NCBI RefSeq assembly: GCF_963921235.1
Contig: NC_086109.1
Location: 13,208,001-13,272,000, forward strand
Length of the DNA: 64,000 nt
Reading direction: 5' to 3'
DNA from: Mobula hypostoma
Lineage: Eukaryota
Shown here: positions 41,371 to 54,900 of the stretch, in pieces
Position numbering within the stretch: position 1 is the first letter of the stretch
Layout of the letters: every line of letters starts with the position of its first letter
The notes under the pieces: model-generated
Seen by the model: the letters and a program-made list of their open reading frames with translations, nothing else
Told to the model about the DNA's origin: nothing
Databases searched by the model: none
Made by a program: the position numbers and the translations under genes

Positions 41371-42525
41371 CGACTAGATCAGGACAGGCATTGTGCAGGT
41401 GCCAGATAATGACTTGGTGAAGCAATGCCAAGTTAAAGCAAATACAGAGACCGTAACTTAATGATTTAAGATGCATATATTTTTGCAAAGAATGTCTCTG
41501 GTGCATTGAATGCCTTCTGCCTGATGGGAGATTAGAGCTTAGGGAGGATTATTATGAGCAGCTGATGCATATCACAGATCCTGGATATGTGGTCATTGAC
41601 ATCAGGCAGACAATCTCTGAAGAGTATTGGTAATGGCTGGCGTCTCCCATCTTGTAAAGACCCCACCCAGAAGAAGGCAATAGCAAACCACTTCTGTAGA
41701 AAAACTTGCCCAGAACAATCATAGCCACGGAAAGACCATGATTGCCTATGAGTCCAGGACCAGAGGCCACAGTTTAAGAATAAGGGGTAGGCCATTTAGA
41801 ATGGAGTTGAGGAAAAACTTTTTCACACAGAGAGTTGTGGATCTGTGGAATGCTCTGCCTCAGAGGGCAGTGGTGGCCAATTCTCTGGATTGCTTTCAAG
41901 AAAGAGTTAGATAGAGCTCTTAAAGATAGCGGAGTCAATGGATAAGGGGAGAAGGCAGGAACGAGGTACTGATTGTGGATGATTAGCCATGATCACAATG
42001 AATGGCGGTGCTGGCTTGAAGGGCTGAATGGCCTACTCCTGCACCTATTGTCTATTGTCTATTGGCACATAACAAATGAACAATTATGAGAAAGGGGTTG
42101 AAGGAGGCACATGGATCCTGAAATTTTCAAACCTGTTTAGGATAGAATCTTATATCATGGAAACATGCCCTTTAGCCCAACTGCTCTATACTGAGCAAGA
42201 TTCCCATGTCAGCTGGTCCCATTTGCTCCAAACCCCTCAAAACCTGTCCAAATACCTTTTAAATGTTGTTAACATACGTGCCTCAAACCTGTCCTCTGGC
42301 AGCTCACTCCACATACAAAAGGTCGTCCCTCTGGTTTCTAATAAACCGCCCCCCGCTCTCGCCCTGAAACTATGACCTCTATTTCTCGATTCTCCAACCC
42401 TGGGAAAAAGACTGAGCACTTTCATTGTATCTATACCCCTCATAATTTTAGAAATCTCTCATATACCCCTCATCTCCCTATGTTCCAATGAATAAAGTCC
42501 CAACCTTCTAAAGCTTTCTCCATAA

Positions 42526-43365
42526 GATTCAAGATTCAGGATTGTTTAACGTCATTTCCAGTACACAAGTGTAAAGGAAAACAAGATAATTGTTATTCTG
42601 GATCTGATGGAACACAAAAATAAAACACAATAAATATAAATATGTAAGATCGCTTATATACGTAGATTGATTGTATGTCCACAAATTGACACTAGGCACA
42701 GGAGTGTCTGCACATAAGGTGACTGACAGGAAATGATAAAGTAGTGGTGGTAGTTGGGGTGTGGTCGGAGGGGTAAATGGGTGAAGGTGTTGGTCAGCCT
42801 TACTGCTTTGGGAAAGAGACTGTTTTTGAGCCTGGTAGTCCTGGCATAGATGCTACATAGCCTCCTCCCTGATGGGGGTGTGACCAACAGTCCATCAGCA
42901 GGGTGGGTGTGATCCTTCATGATGTTACTGGCCCATTTCTGGCACCTTTCCAGTATACCCTTGATGGCAGGTAGACTGGTGCCAGTGATGTGTTGGGCAA
43001 TTTCGACCCCCTGTTGTAAAGCCTTCCTGTCCACTGCTGTGCAGTTTCCGGACCAAGCCGAGATGCAGCTTGTTAGGATGCCCCCTACTGCGCATCTGTA
43101 GAATGACGTGAGTATAGATGTGCAGAGTCCAGCCCTCTTCAGCCTCCTTGTTGGTGAGCCTTCTCATGTTCTGGGAGCATGAGAGATTGTGCGAGATGTA
43201 CGCTCCCAGGAGCTTGAAACTGCTCGCAGTTACCGCTACTGTGCCACCAATGTAAAGAGGGGTGTGAGTGGTATGAGTTCTCCTGAAGTTGATAACTATC
43301 TTCTTTGTCTTGTTGACATTGAGGAAGAGGTTATTTGCCTGGCTCCAGGCCATGAGCTTTTCCAC
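42526..43365 (-). mobile_element. Rex1/Babar-type LINE fragment
   Basis: W...NNLFLNVNKTKKIVINFR and HPADGL..PSGRRL..RLKNSLFP motifs; (TTGAATC) tail. Confidence 0.85.
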
Positions 43366-44046
43366 GTCTTGGCAATATTCTCGTAAAATTCTTCCACACT
43401 TTTTTCCAGCTTAATGGCATCTTTCCTATGGTTGGAGTCAAAACTGAACAGACTAGTCCAAATGAAGTCTGACCTTACGAACATCTTTACAACTACAAAT
43501 TAACGTCCCATCTTCTATATTCAATGTCCTAACCAATGCAAGCAGCATATCAAAACCATCTTTCACACCCCTTTCTACAAGTGACGCCACTTTCAGGGAT
43601 CAGGTAACTATGTACTTGTGCTCCAAGGTCCATTTATTCCGCAATACTTCAAAAGGCCCATCCATTTGCTTTGAAAGTCTCGCTCTGACTTGTCTTCCCA
43701 AAGTGCAACATCTTGCACTTATTCAAATTAAGCTCGATCTGCTGTTTCTCATTCCATTTACCCCATTGACCAAGACCCCTCTGTAATTCCTGATAGCCAT
43801 CTTCACTGTCTATGCAAATCAGTCTTAAGTATATCAATATCTCTAAGGTATCAATGCTTCAGTTTTTAAGCTGTTGTTTCCCCACACCCTGGTGTTAAAT
43901 TAAACTTTCTATTAGGGTAATTGTCTGTAAATAGCTTAAAGAGATGGAAATTATTCAGTTTAATGGGAGCATAAACATGTCCCAAATAACAACGTCCATT
44001 CAGCCTACTCTAATATCTTTATAGATATTCCAATCAATTTCATTCA

Positions 44047-46975
44047 CAGAACCATAGAACCATAAAAACTACAGCACAGAAACAGGCCCTTTGGCCCTTC
44101 TTGGCTGTGCCGAACCATTTTCTGCCTAGTCCCACTGACCTGCACATGGACCATATCCCTCCATACACCTCCCATCCATGTATCTGTCCAATTTATTCTT
44201 AAATGTTAAAAAAGAACCCGCATTTACCACCTCTTCTGGCAGCTCATTCCATACTCCCACCACCCTCTGTGTGAACAAGCCCCCACTAATGTTGCCTTTA
44301 AACTTTTCCCCCCTCACCCTTAACCCATGTCCTCTGGTTTTTTTCTCCCCTTGCCTCAGTGGAAAAAGCCTGCTTGCATTCACTCTATCTATACCCATCA
44401 TAATTTTATATACCTCTATCAAATCTCCCCTCATTCTTCTACACTCCAGGGAATAAAGTCCTAACCTATTCAACCTTTCTCTGTAACTGAGTTTCTCAAG
44501 TCCCGGCAACATCCTTGTAAACCTTCTCTGCACTCTTTCAACCTTATTTATATCCTTCCTGTAATTTGGTGACCAAAACTGAACACAATACTCCAGATTC
44601 GGCCTCACCAATGCCTTATACAACCTCATCATAACATTCCAGCTCTTATACTCAATACTTTGATTAATAAAGGCCAATGTACCAAAAGCTTTCTTTACGA
44701 CTCTATCTACCTGCGACGACACTTTTAGGGAATTTTGTATCTGTATTCCCAGATCCCTCTGTTCCACTGCACTCCTCAGTGCCTTACCATTAACCCTGTA
44801 TGTTCTACGCTGGTTTGTCCTTCCAATGTGCAATACCTCACACTTGTCAGTATTAAACTCCATCTGCCATTTTTCAGCCCATTTTTCCAGTTGGTCCAAG
44901 TCCCTCTGCAGGCTCTGAAAACCTTCCTCACTGTCTACTACACCTCCAATCTTTGTATCATCAGCAAACTTGCTGATCCAATTTACCACATTATCATCCA
45001 GATCATTGATATAGATGACAAATAACAATGGACCCAGCACTGATCCCTGTGGCACACCACTAGTCACAGGCCTCCACTCAGAGAAGCAATTCTCTACCAC
45101 CACTCTCTGGCTTCTTCCATCGAGCCAATGTCTGATCCAATTTACCACCTCTCCATGTATACCTAGCAACTGAATTTTCCTAACTAACCTCCCATGCGGG
45201 ACTTTGTCAAAGGCCTTACTGAAGTCCATGTAGACAATATCCACTGCCTTCCCTTCATCCACTTTCCTGGTAACCTCCTCGAAAAACTCCAACAGATTGG
45301 TCAAACATGACCTACCACGCACAAAGCCATGTTGACTCTCCCTAATAAGCCCCTGTCTATCCAAATGCTTGTAGATTCTGTCTCTTAGTACTCCCTCTAA
45401 TAACTTACCTACTACTGACGTTAAACTCACCGGCCTATAATTTCCCGGATTACTTTTCGATCCTTTTTTAAACAACGGAACAGCATGAGCCACTCTCCAA
45501 TCCTCCGGCACTTCACCCGTAGACAGTGACATTTTAAATATTTCTGCCAGGGCCCCCGCAATTTCAACACTAGTCTCCTTCAAGGTTTGAGGGTACACTC
45601 TGTCAGGTCCCGGGGATTTATCCACTTTAATTTTCCTCAAGACAGCAAGCACCTCCTCCTTTTCAATCTGTACAGTCTCCATGGTCTCACTACTTGATTC
45701 CCTCAATTCCATAGATTTCATGCCAGCTTCCTTAGTAAATACAGACGCAAAAAACCTATTTAAGATCTCCCCCATTTCCTTTGGTTCCGCACAAAGCCGA
45801 CCACTCTGGTCTTCAAGAGGACCAATTTTATCCCTTACAATCCTTTTGCTCTTAATATACTTGTAAAAGCTCTTTGGATTATCCTTCACTTTGACTGCCA
45901 AGGTAACCTCATGTCTTCTTTTAGCCCTCCTGATTTCTTTCTTAAGTATTTTCTTGCACTTCTTATACTCCTCAAGCACCTGATTTACCCCCTGTTTCCT
46001 ATACATTTCATACAACTCCCTCTTCTTCTTTATCAGAGTTGCAATATCCCTTGAGAACCAAAGTTCCTTATTCCTATTCAATTTGCCTTTAATCCTGACA
46101 GGAACATACAAACACTGCACTCTCAAAATTTCCCCTTTGAAGGCTTCCCACCTACCAATCACATCTTTGCCAGAGAACAACCTGTCCCAATCCACGCCTT
46201 TTAGATCCTTTCTCATTTCTTCAAATTTGGCCTTCTTCCAGTTCAGAACCTCAACCCTAGGACCAGATCTATCCTTGTCCATGATCAAATTGAAACTAAT
46301 GGTGTTATGATCACTGGAACCAAAGTGCTCCCCTACACAGACTTCTGTCACTTGCCCTAATTCGTTTCCTTACAGGAGATCCAATATTGCATCCCCTCTA
46401 GTTGGTCCCTCTATATATTGATTTAGAAAACTTTCCTGAACACATTTTACAAACTCTAAACCATCTAGACCCCTAACAGTATGGGAGTCCCAATCAATGT
46501 ATGGAAAATTAAAATCCCCTACCACCACAACTTTATGTTTCCTGCAGTTGCCTGCTATCTCTCTGCAGATTTGCTCTTCCAAGTCTTGTTGACTATTGGG
46601 TGGTCTGTAATACAATCCCACTAATGTGGTCATACCTTTCCTATTTCTCAGCTCCACCCATAAGGACTCAGTAGACAAGCCCTCTAATCTGTCCTGCCTG
46701 AGCACTGCTGTAATATTTTCCCTAACAAGCAATGCTACTCCCCAACCTTTCATTCCTCTGCCTCGATCATTTCTGAAACATCGGAACCCTGGAATATTAA
46801 GCTGCCAGTCCTGCCCCTCCTGTAGCCAAGTTTCACTAATTGCTACAACATCATAATTCCACGTGTCAATCCACGCCCTCAACTCATCCGCCTTCCCCGC
46901 AATACTCCTAGCATTGAAATATATACACCTCAGAAGATTTTTACCACCACTCACAACCTTTCTATCAGCGGATTT
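44047..46975 (-). mobile_element. CR1 LINE with nearly complete ORF2, ORF1 absent
   Basis: APE + RT domains, 3' UTR and (TTCTATGG)n tail. Confidence 0.97.
44126..46954 (-). pseudogene. CR1 ORF2 (APE endonuclease + reverse transcriptase) with one in-frame stop
   Basis: ORFs 46370-46954 and 44126-46351 are in the same frame, separated by TAA at 46372-46370; NARSI, SETWL, GDFN, PQGSVLGP and FADD motifs intact. Confidence 0.93.
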
Positions 46976-47534
46976 GCTTAAACTTTCAACATCATTTATT
47001 TATTTAGATTTATTATGAAAGTACATGTATGTCACCAGATACTACCCTGAGATTTATTTTTGTGTGGACATTCACAGTAAATACAAAGAAACACAATAGA
47101 TCAATGAAGGACTGCACACAACTGGGGAGGGGTTGCTATGGGGCTCGATGTTTCTGTCGTTCTATCAGGTTTCTTTGTTTTGTGGATCTCTGTGAAGAGG
47201 GCAAATTTCAGGTTGCATACTGTATACATACTCTATTGAATGTACTTTGAAACTCTGACAGATGTGGACAACCAACCAATGTGCAAAAGGCAACAAACTG
47301 TGCAAATACAAAAAGAAGAGAAAATTAGTAATAATAAATTAGCTTTAAGTATCAAGAACGCAAGTTCTAGAGACCCTTATAAGTGAACCCATAGATTGTG
47401 GAATCGGGTCAGTGTTGGAATTGCCCAAAAGGGAGCATTTGCATTAATCAGAAGATAGATTAATTTATGTGGAGATGTGAATTCATGTCCCACAAGTAAA
47501 TTATTTAGATAAATCTGGAATTAAGATAGCATTT

Positions 47535-47772
47535 GAGACCATCAACCTTGTCATGGTTTGGAGGCTTGCGTGCCTCAGTGACCAGGAGGTAAATGTTGGC
47601 AGGAGTCAGGGCTTTATGCTTTGTCTCTAGGTAGCGTCATACATGACAAACAGGTCAAAGGATAGATGATAGAATAAAAATGGCCCTCCACTCCTCCAGG
47701 TTCAGGGGTTCAGCTCAGGGCTAACAACCCTGACTGGTAAAACAAATCTGTTATGGAAACAGCATTGAAGAA
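47535..47772 (+). mobile_element. RTE/Expander-like 5' region, resuming at ~48972-49075
   Basis: accttgtcatggtttggaggcttgcgtgcctc start and gggctaacaaccctg motif recalled from RTE 5' UTRs. Confidence 0.6.
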
Positions 47773-48981
47773 CCCAGCCCCACATATACTTCCCCCAATC
47801 CTTCCCTTAACCCTAATCCTAAATCCAAGGGCTCACACACCCCAACTAGCCCTAACCGCACCCCAACCAACCCTGGCCACACCCCCAAAAACCAGCTGAC
47901 TTGAGTAAGGGGGAGAAAGATCCAATAAAGGCAAGTGTTGGACCTAGTTAATGAAGGCATGGGCCAGATCAAAAAGGCAGGGTTCACGACACTAAATCTC
48001 AAATGATGAGACCAAGGAGCACAAGAGGGATGATTTTCCCATTGCCCACATAACCTGAACCTAACCAAACAGTGATATACTTTTCATTTTCCCAGTCCAC
48101 AAAACGACAATGAAAAAACCGAGCTACCAAGAAGGCGAGGGAGAACCCAAGTTAAACCCAAGTTGGGACCACAAAATAAAAGTCACCACTAAGCTCGGCG
48201 GGACAGGGTGGAGTGACACTGGATCTCCAGTAAACCCTGTTAACCTAACCCACGTGATCCCACACACACGGATGCAAAATAAAGACCAGTGTAAATTTCA
48301 AATAGGGAAGTTGAATCTTTGAGATGAAGCCTCATAACTAGGCCTCAAGACATTCTACTCCAAAATAAAACCAAATAACGAGATCTAAAATACTCTCACC
48401 CTCAAAGTTACTTGCACTTTATTACCTTGGTCCACGGGATAACCATAAGCCAGGACTGATCAGCCCTGGCTGGGTCACCTGGATGAGGGTGTCTAATGAT
48501 TAAAGACCTGAAACAGCTGAAGACCCCAGGTTACATTACTGATGAAGTGTCCCAGTGCACACCTGGTTAATTCAGCCAAGCGGTGTCGGACCAGGTTAAT
48601 GAAAGACAGGGACCAAATTAAAATGCTCCACAACCCTATCCACCAGAGGCCCACGTACGTCATGACACGAAACTCCACAACCCCATCTCTCCCAGCCCCA
48701 TATATACATCTCCCCGACCCTACCCTTAATCCTAATCCTAAAGTCCAAGGGCCCACACACCCCAAGTAACCCTAACTGCACCCCGACTAACCTTAGCCAC
48801 ACCCCTCAAACCAGCTGACTTGTGTAAGAAGGAGGAAGATCCAATTAAGGCAAGTTTTGCACCTGGTTAATGACCTGGCGTGGGCCAGATCAAAATGGCA
48901 GGTTTGCGCGACACAGAATCTCAAGTGATGAGATCAAGAAGCACAAGATTTTCCCACTTCCTGCATAATCTCAACCCTAAC
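47773..48981. repeat. 1.2-kb insert with ~290-bp diverged direct repeats and CCCTAA-like motifs
   Basis: 47773-48066 aligns to 48691-48981. Confidence 0.8.
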
Positions 48982-50701
48982 TGGTTAAACAAAATTGGTA
49001 CAGAAACAGCAATGAAGAATCATTCTACATCTGAGTGTGATGGTATACCTTAGTCTCCACCCGGGACTTGCATTCGTTCCCGCCCCAAATGGCAGCAGCT
49101 TAACAAACAGTTGGTGAATCAGACCATGGAATTACCAAATTGTTAATTCTTTCAACAGAATGCAGTTTGTTACCATAATTTAATGAACAAAGTGAGCTTT
49201 AAATTAGTCTGCCTTATGTTTAATTGCAGGCAACAGTTATTGACTCCTGCACCCAGACAATTGCAGAATCCTATGGACTGGGGAAATAGGTGCTGGGCTC
49301 CCCTGGAAAGCCCAAATCCTGTAAACGAGGACCAAAAATATAATTTAGTCTGCCCATGCAATATTATCTGTCTGTCCCAACTTAGAATGGGGCCATACTT
49401 GACCCAACAACAATGTGGTAACTTGGATTAGTATTAATCATAGACCAGCAGCTGCAGAGAACCACAGAAGGATTTTAACTCAGCCAAGCTATTTGTCATA
49501 AAAGTAAGTCATAACATCTTAAAGGAATCAATGCAATTTCGGCATTCATGCTAGGTCATGTCTCAGTAAGTTTAAACTGCATTAAAGTACAATTGCCTTT
49601 TTGAGTTTAGAAATTGGATTGACTAACACAATTTTTTTAACCAACCGGTTAAGATGGCGCAGGTGAGATATGGTTACAGCCAACAAACAAAATGATTAAC
49701 TATTCTATTAATTACAAACAAAGGAAAATCTGCAGATGCTGGAAATCCTAGCACACACTCAAAACACTGCGACAAAGTTGGTACATCATTTGGAGTTCTT
49801 AAATATGGCATATTCCATGAGTAATAATTAGTTTCTGGTATCTCAGCTAGAAAGAAGTGGGGTCACTGGTAAGTGCCCATCTATCGTGCTGAGGACTCGA
49901 TCTTTCAGATCAGAGGGAGCAGAGGAATGAGACCAGAGGCAAACTTCCCACCTGCCATCTACTCACTCACAGATTCAGCAATGCCATAACCTGTGCATCA
50001 TCTGATTCCTCCTTCGACTGCACAGCATTGCATTAGTCATCCCTGAATGTACGTAGCTCCCACTGATGAGGGCAGATTTATAATGAATTTGCAATGGGAT
50101 AAATCCTATGAAATATGAGCCCTTTGTGTGGGGATCTGATTCACCAGGGGTAAGTGTCAGGCAAACACTGTGGTGCTGGGCAAGGAATCAATTAAATCAT
50201 TCTCAGACTGCATCAACATTTTCTTCATTCATAACACGTTTCTCAGAATAATGAGCTGAAAGTTTGCCTTTATATTTTTATTTATTGACATTTATATAGA
50301 GATGCAGAACAGCAATAGGATCTATCGGCCCAGTAAGCCTGCACCACCCAATTACACTCATCTGACCTGTTACCACCTGTATATATTTGGGATGTGGGAG
50401 GAAATCAGAGCACCCGGAGGAAATCCGTGCATTCACAGGGAGAATATACAAACTCCTTACAGATAGCAGCGGGACTGAACCCTGGTCAGTGTCGTTGTAA
50501 TAGTGTTCTGGTAACTGTTACACTCTGCTGCTCGTTCGTTAAAAAGAATGCTAGAGTTAGCAGGAAAGTCTAGGACCGGAGTGCACAGCATTTACAACAG
50601 GCATGTGGAGGAACTCCTTTAGCTAGATGGTGGTGAATCAGTGGAATTCATTGCCACAGACAGCTGTGGAGGCCAAGTCATTGGGTATACTTAAAGGGTT
50701 G

Positions 50702-51000
50702 GGTGTGCGGCGTGTGGCCAAGAGGTTAGGGCATTGGACTAGCGATCTGAAGGTCTTGGGTTCGAGCCTTGACGGGGCAGCGTGTGTGCCCTTGAGCAAG
50801 GCACTCAACGACACAATGCTCCAGTCTACCCAGCTGAGAATGGGTACCGGCAAAAATGCTGGGGGTTAACCTCGCGATAGACTGGCATCCTATCCGGGGG
50901 GGGGGGGGGGGGAGTCTTGTACTCTCAGTTGCTTCACACCACAGAAACCAGTATAAGCACCGGCTTGATGGGCCACAAGTCTCGTGTCAGACTTTTAAAA
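50702..51000 (+). mobile_element. tRNA-derived SINE, family 3, inserted in a CR1 3' end
   Basis: Same head and core as families 1 and 2 with a different body containing a G run. Confidence 0.75.
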
Positions 51001-51936
51001 AGGGTTGGGTGATAGGTTCCTCATTAGTAAGAAGGTTATGGGGAAAAGGCAGGAGAATGGGGTTGAGAAGGAGAACTAAATCAGTCGTGATTGAATGACA
51101 GAGCAGACTTGATGGGCTGAATGGCTTATTTCTGCTCCTATATCTGATGGAATTATGGCTTGACTATCTGATGTAAAGTCCATGAAGCCAACCTAGGAAG
51201 AGTCTTCCATTTGCCTCTTAAATACGGTTCAGCTGCCCAACGTTCCTGCCCAGGTACTGTCATCCCCAGGGACTCTAAAATGCAGAGTACAGTGCTACAC
51301 TTACAGGGAAAGTGCGGTGCACATCAACAATATGGTGCAAGGCCGTGACAGGGTGATTGTGAGAGAAAGGGTGGAGCTCTAACTGTAAGGGTCTATACAC
51401 ATGTCACCTCATACTGGCAACCATATGAAGAGATTTCTATAAAGCTTCCAGTTCAATTGTTTGCATAATCTCTACCTTTTGTGTCTTGCAGACCCTCGTG
51501 GGTTTACTTCATTATAAAAGGCTAAATACACAGAGATGAAATACACCACATGAACTTCCTGAGGAGGCTGAAACACTTGCTTCAAGAACCAAACTGCCGA
51601 CTGCGGTTAAAAAACCAAACTTCCTGATTACTATCAAAGCGTGAAACCTATCGGAAACCACATTGCTCTGAATGAGTCACTTCAATTACACCAACAAGCA
51701 CACATCAAACACTCCGAACCAACAATTTCACATCTCGTTGTCAGTAACGTTCATGCTCGCTCAACATGGAACCACGTCACCACCTAGCTGTGAGGCTGAG
51801 ACAAAACTACAACTGGAAAAAAGAACCGGTATTTTGTAGCTTTCAATCAGACTTCGTCAGACCTCGGATGCAACACGTACAAAATGCTGGAGGAACTCAG
51901 CCTCAGCAGGCCAGGCAGCATCTATGGAAAAGAGTA

Positions 51937-51974
51937 CAGTCGACATTTCGGGACGACACCCTTCATCAGGACTG
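51937..51974 (-). ncRNA. Minimal hammerhead motif in Penelope-derived fragment (unit A)
   Basis: cagtc-CTGATGA-a-ggg-tgtcgt-ccc-GAAA-tg-TC-gactg, core intact. Confidence 0.65.
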
Positions 51975-54900
51975 GAAAAATAAGATGAGGAGTCAGAGTA
52001 AGAAGGGGGGAGGGGTGGAAGAACCACAAGGTGTTTCTATGAAGTACACATTTTCTGGACTATGATCACTGCAATCCGCACCCTGTAATTTCCCTTTGGA
52101 AGCTGTGCTTTTGAACTGTCTGCACGACCTGCCATGTTTGCAGTATCCTGATGGATTCAGCAAAATGCGTTCTCGAGAACGCAGCTACGGCTGTGGCGGC
52201 CATTGCTGGAGCAGACTTGAGGCAAATAGAAATTTTGGACCGGATTGATGTGGCGGGACCCAGGCTGGAGAGCAGAAAATGAACCAATGTTTATCTGACT
52301 GAAGTCTCGAGCCAGATTAAAAGCTCAAGGCCTGAACGCAGAGGGTGATGGACAAATTGGTGTTCAGCTCACTGCTGAAGTATTGTGTCTCTGAAGCCTA
52401 AGGTCAAAACACAGCACGTTTAGTCATACACCGCACAAATAGTTATGATCCAACACATATAGTCACAGAATAATATTAGCACAAGTTCCTGACTTTCATG
52501 GACTGAAGACTGACAAAATGGCACAAAGTGCGACGTACATTTCTGTAGGCCAAACAGCCCTTCTGCTGTCCATCCTGCTAATGAACCGGTCTGCCAGTAT
52601 TTTGTATCACTGATGTCCAACAGAGTCTTGCAACCATAAGAAAAACGTGCGGGACAAATACTTGCATCATTAGTTGGATCTGGAGAAATCGCGATGACTA
52701 GGTGTGCCACCATTTTCTAAGTATTTCTGACTTTAATGTTTATACCTAGTGCCTGTGAGCTTTACTTTTGCAGTGCTGAAAATTTAGTTACAGTCGAGAA
52801 TGGGGGAGCTGAGTGGTGTACTTCACAACCCAGGTTCAATCTGCTGCTTTGTTTGCAGAATATGTATATTTTCCTCGCAACCAACACAAGTTTTCAGTCC
52901 GCGCACTGGTTTGCTGCCACATCACAAAGACACATACACAGACGAAGTCGTTGGATCATTTGGAGTTTGTAAATATGGCATATTCCATGTGGAATAATTG
53001 GTTTCTGGTATCTCAGCTGGAAAGAAGTGGGGCCACTGGTAAGTGCCCATCTATCGTGCTGAGGACTCGATCTTTCAGATCAGAGGGAGCAGAGGAATGA
53101 GACCAGAGGCAAACTTCCCACCTGCCGTGTAGTCACTCACAGATTCAGCAATGCCATAACCTGTGCATCATCTGATTCCTCCTTCGACTACACAGCATTG
53201 CATTAGTCATCCCTGAATGTACGTAGCTCCCACTGATGAGGGCAGATTTATGATGAATTTACAACCGGATAAATCCTATGAAATATCAGCCCTTCATGTG
53301 GAGATCTGATTCACCAGGAGTAAATGTCAGGCAAACACTGTGGTGCTGGGCAAGGAATCAATTAAATCATTCTCAGACTGCATCAACATTTTCTTCATTC
53401 ATAACACGTTTCTCAGAATAATGAGCCTAAAATTTACATTTATATCTTGATATATTGGCATTTATTCAGACACACAGAACAACCACAGGACTCTAAAATG
53501 CAGAGTACAGATTTACATTTACGGGGAAAGTGCAGAGAACATCGAAAATAAGGTGCAAGGCCGTGACAGGGTAGATTGTGAGAGAAAGGGTGGAGCTCTA
53601 ACTGTAAACGTCGATATACATGTCACCTCAAACTGGCAACCACATGAAGAGATTTCTATAAAGCTTCCAGTTCAATTGTTTGCATAATCCCTGTCTTTTG
53701 TGTCTTGTGTCTTACTTCAATGTTAAAGGCTAAATACACAGAAATGAAATAAACCACACGAACTTCCTGAGGAGGCTGAAACACTTGCTTCAAGAACCAA
53801 ACTGCTGACTGTGGTTAAACAAGCAAACTTCCTGATTACTATCAAAGCGTGAAACCTATAGGAAACCACATTGCTCTGAATGAGTCACTTCAATTACACC
53901 AACAAGCACACATCAAACACTCCGAACCAACAATTTCACATCTCGTTGGCAGTAACGTTCAAGCTCCCTCAACATTGGAACCACGTCACCACCTAGCTGT
54001 GAGGCTGAGACAAAACTACAACTGGAAAAAAGAACCGGTATTTTGTAGCTTTCAATCAGACTTCGTCAGACCTCGGATGCAACACGTACAAAATGCTGGA
54101 GGAACTCAGCCTCAGCAGGCCAGGCAGCATCTATGGAAAAGAGTACAGTCGACATTTTGGGATGACACCCTTCATCAGGACTGGAAAAATAAGATGAGGA
54201 GTCAGAGTAAGAAGGGGGGAGGGGAGGAAGAACCACAAGGTGATTCTATGAAATACACATTTTCTGGACTATGATCACTGCAATCCACAGCCTGTAATTT
54301 CCCTTTGGAAGCTGCGCTTTTCAACTGTCTGTACCACCTGCCATGTTTGCAGTATCCTGATGGATTCAGCAAAATGCGTTCTCGGGAACACAGCTACGGT
54401 TGTGGTGGCCATTGCTGGAGCAGACTTGAGGCAAATAGAAATTTTGGATCAGATTGATGTGGCGGACCCAGGCCGGAAAGCAGAAAATGAACCAATGTTT
54501 ATCTGGCTTAAGTACTGAGTCAGATTAAAAAAACCAAGGCCTAAACGCCGAGGGTAATGGACAAACTGGTCTTCAGCTCACTGCTGAAGCGTTGTTTCTC
54601 TGACGCCTAAGGGTAAAACACAGCAGGTCTAGTCATACACAGCACAAATAGTTATGATCCAACACATATAGTCACAAAATAATATTAGCACAAGTTCCTG
54701 AGTTTCATGGACTGAAGACTGACAAATTGGCACAAAGTGCGACGTACATTTCTGTAGGCTATACAGCCCTTCTGCTGTCGGTCTTGCTAATGAACCGGAC
54801 TGCCAGTATTTTGTATCACTGATGTCCAACAGTCTCTTGCAACTATAAGAAAAACGTGCAGGACAAATATTTGCACCATTTGTTGGATCTGGAGAAACCG

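Larger units (their letters stand above)
49768..52940. repeat. Tandem segmental duplication, unit A
   Basis: Starts with gacaaagt..tcatttggag; blocks colinear with units B-D; retains an extra ~950 bp (about 50315-51265) and lacks part of the unit end. Confidence 0.92.

Noticed and set aside
50060..50120. CTGATGAG...GAAA as a hammerhead ribozyme in the array block
   Set aside because: Stem II does not close next to GAAA and no convincing stem I/III was found
52420..52713. 97-aa minus ORF open in three units (also 54629-54922 and 60095-60388)
   Set aside because: The DNA resembles the non-autonomous element at 29078-29852, many differences are nonsynonymous, and recent duplication explains the open frames
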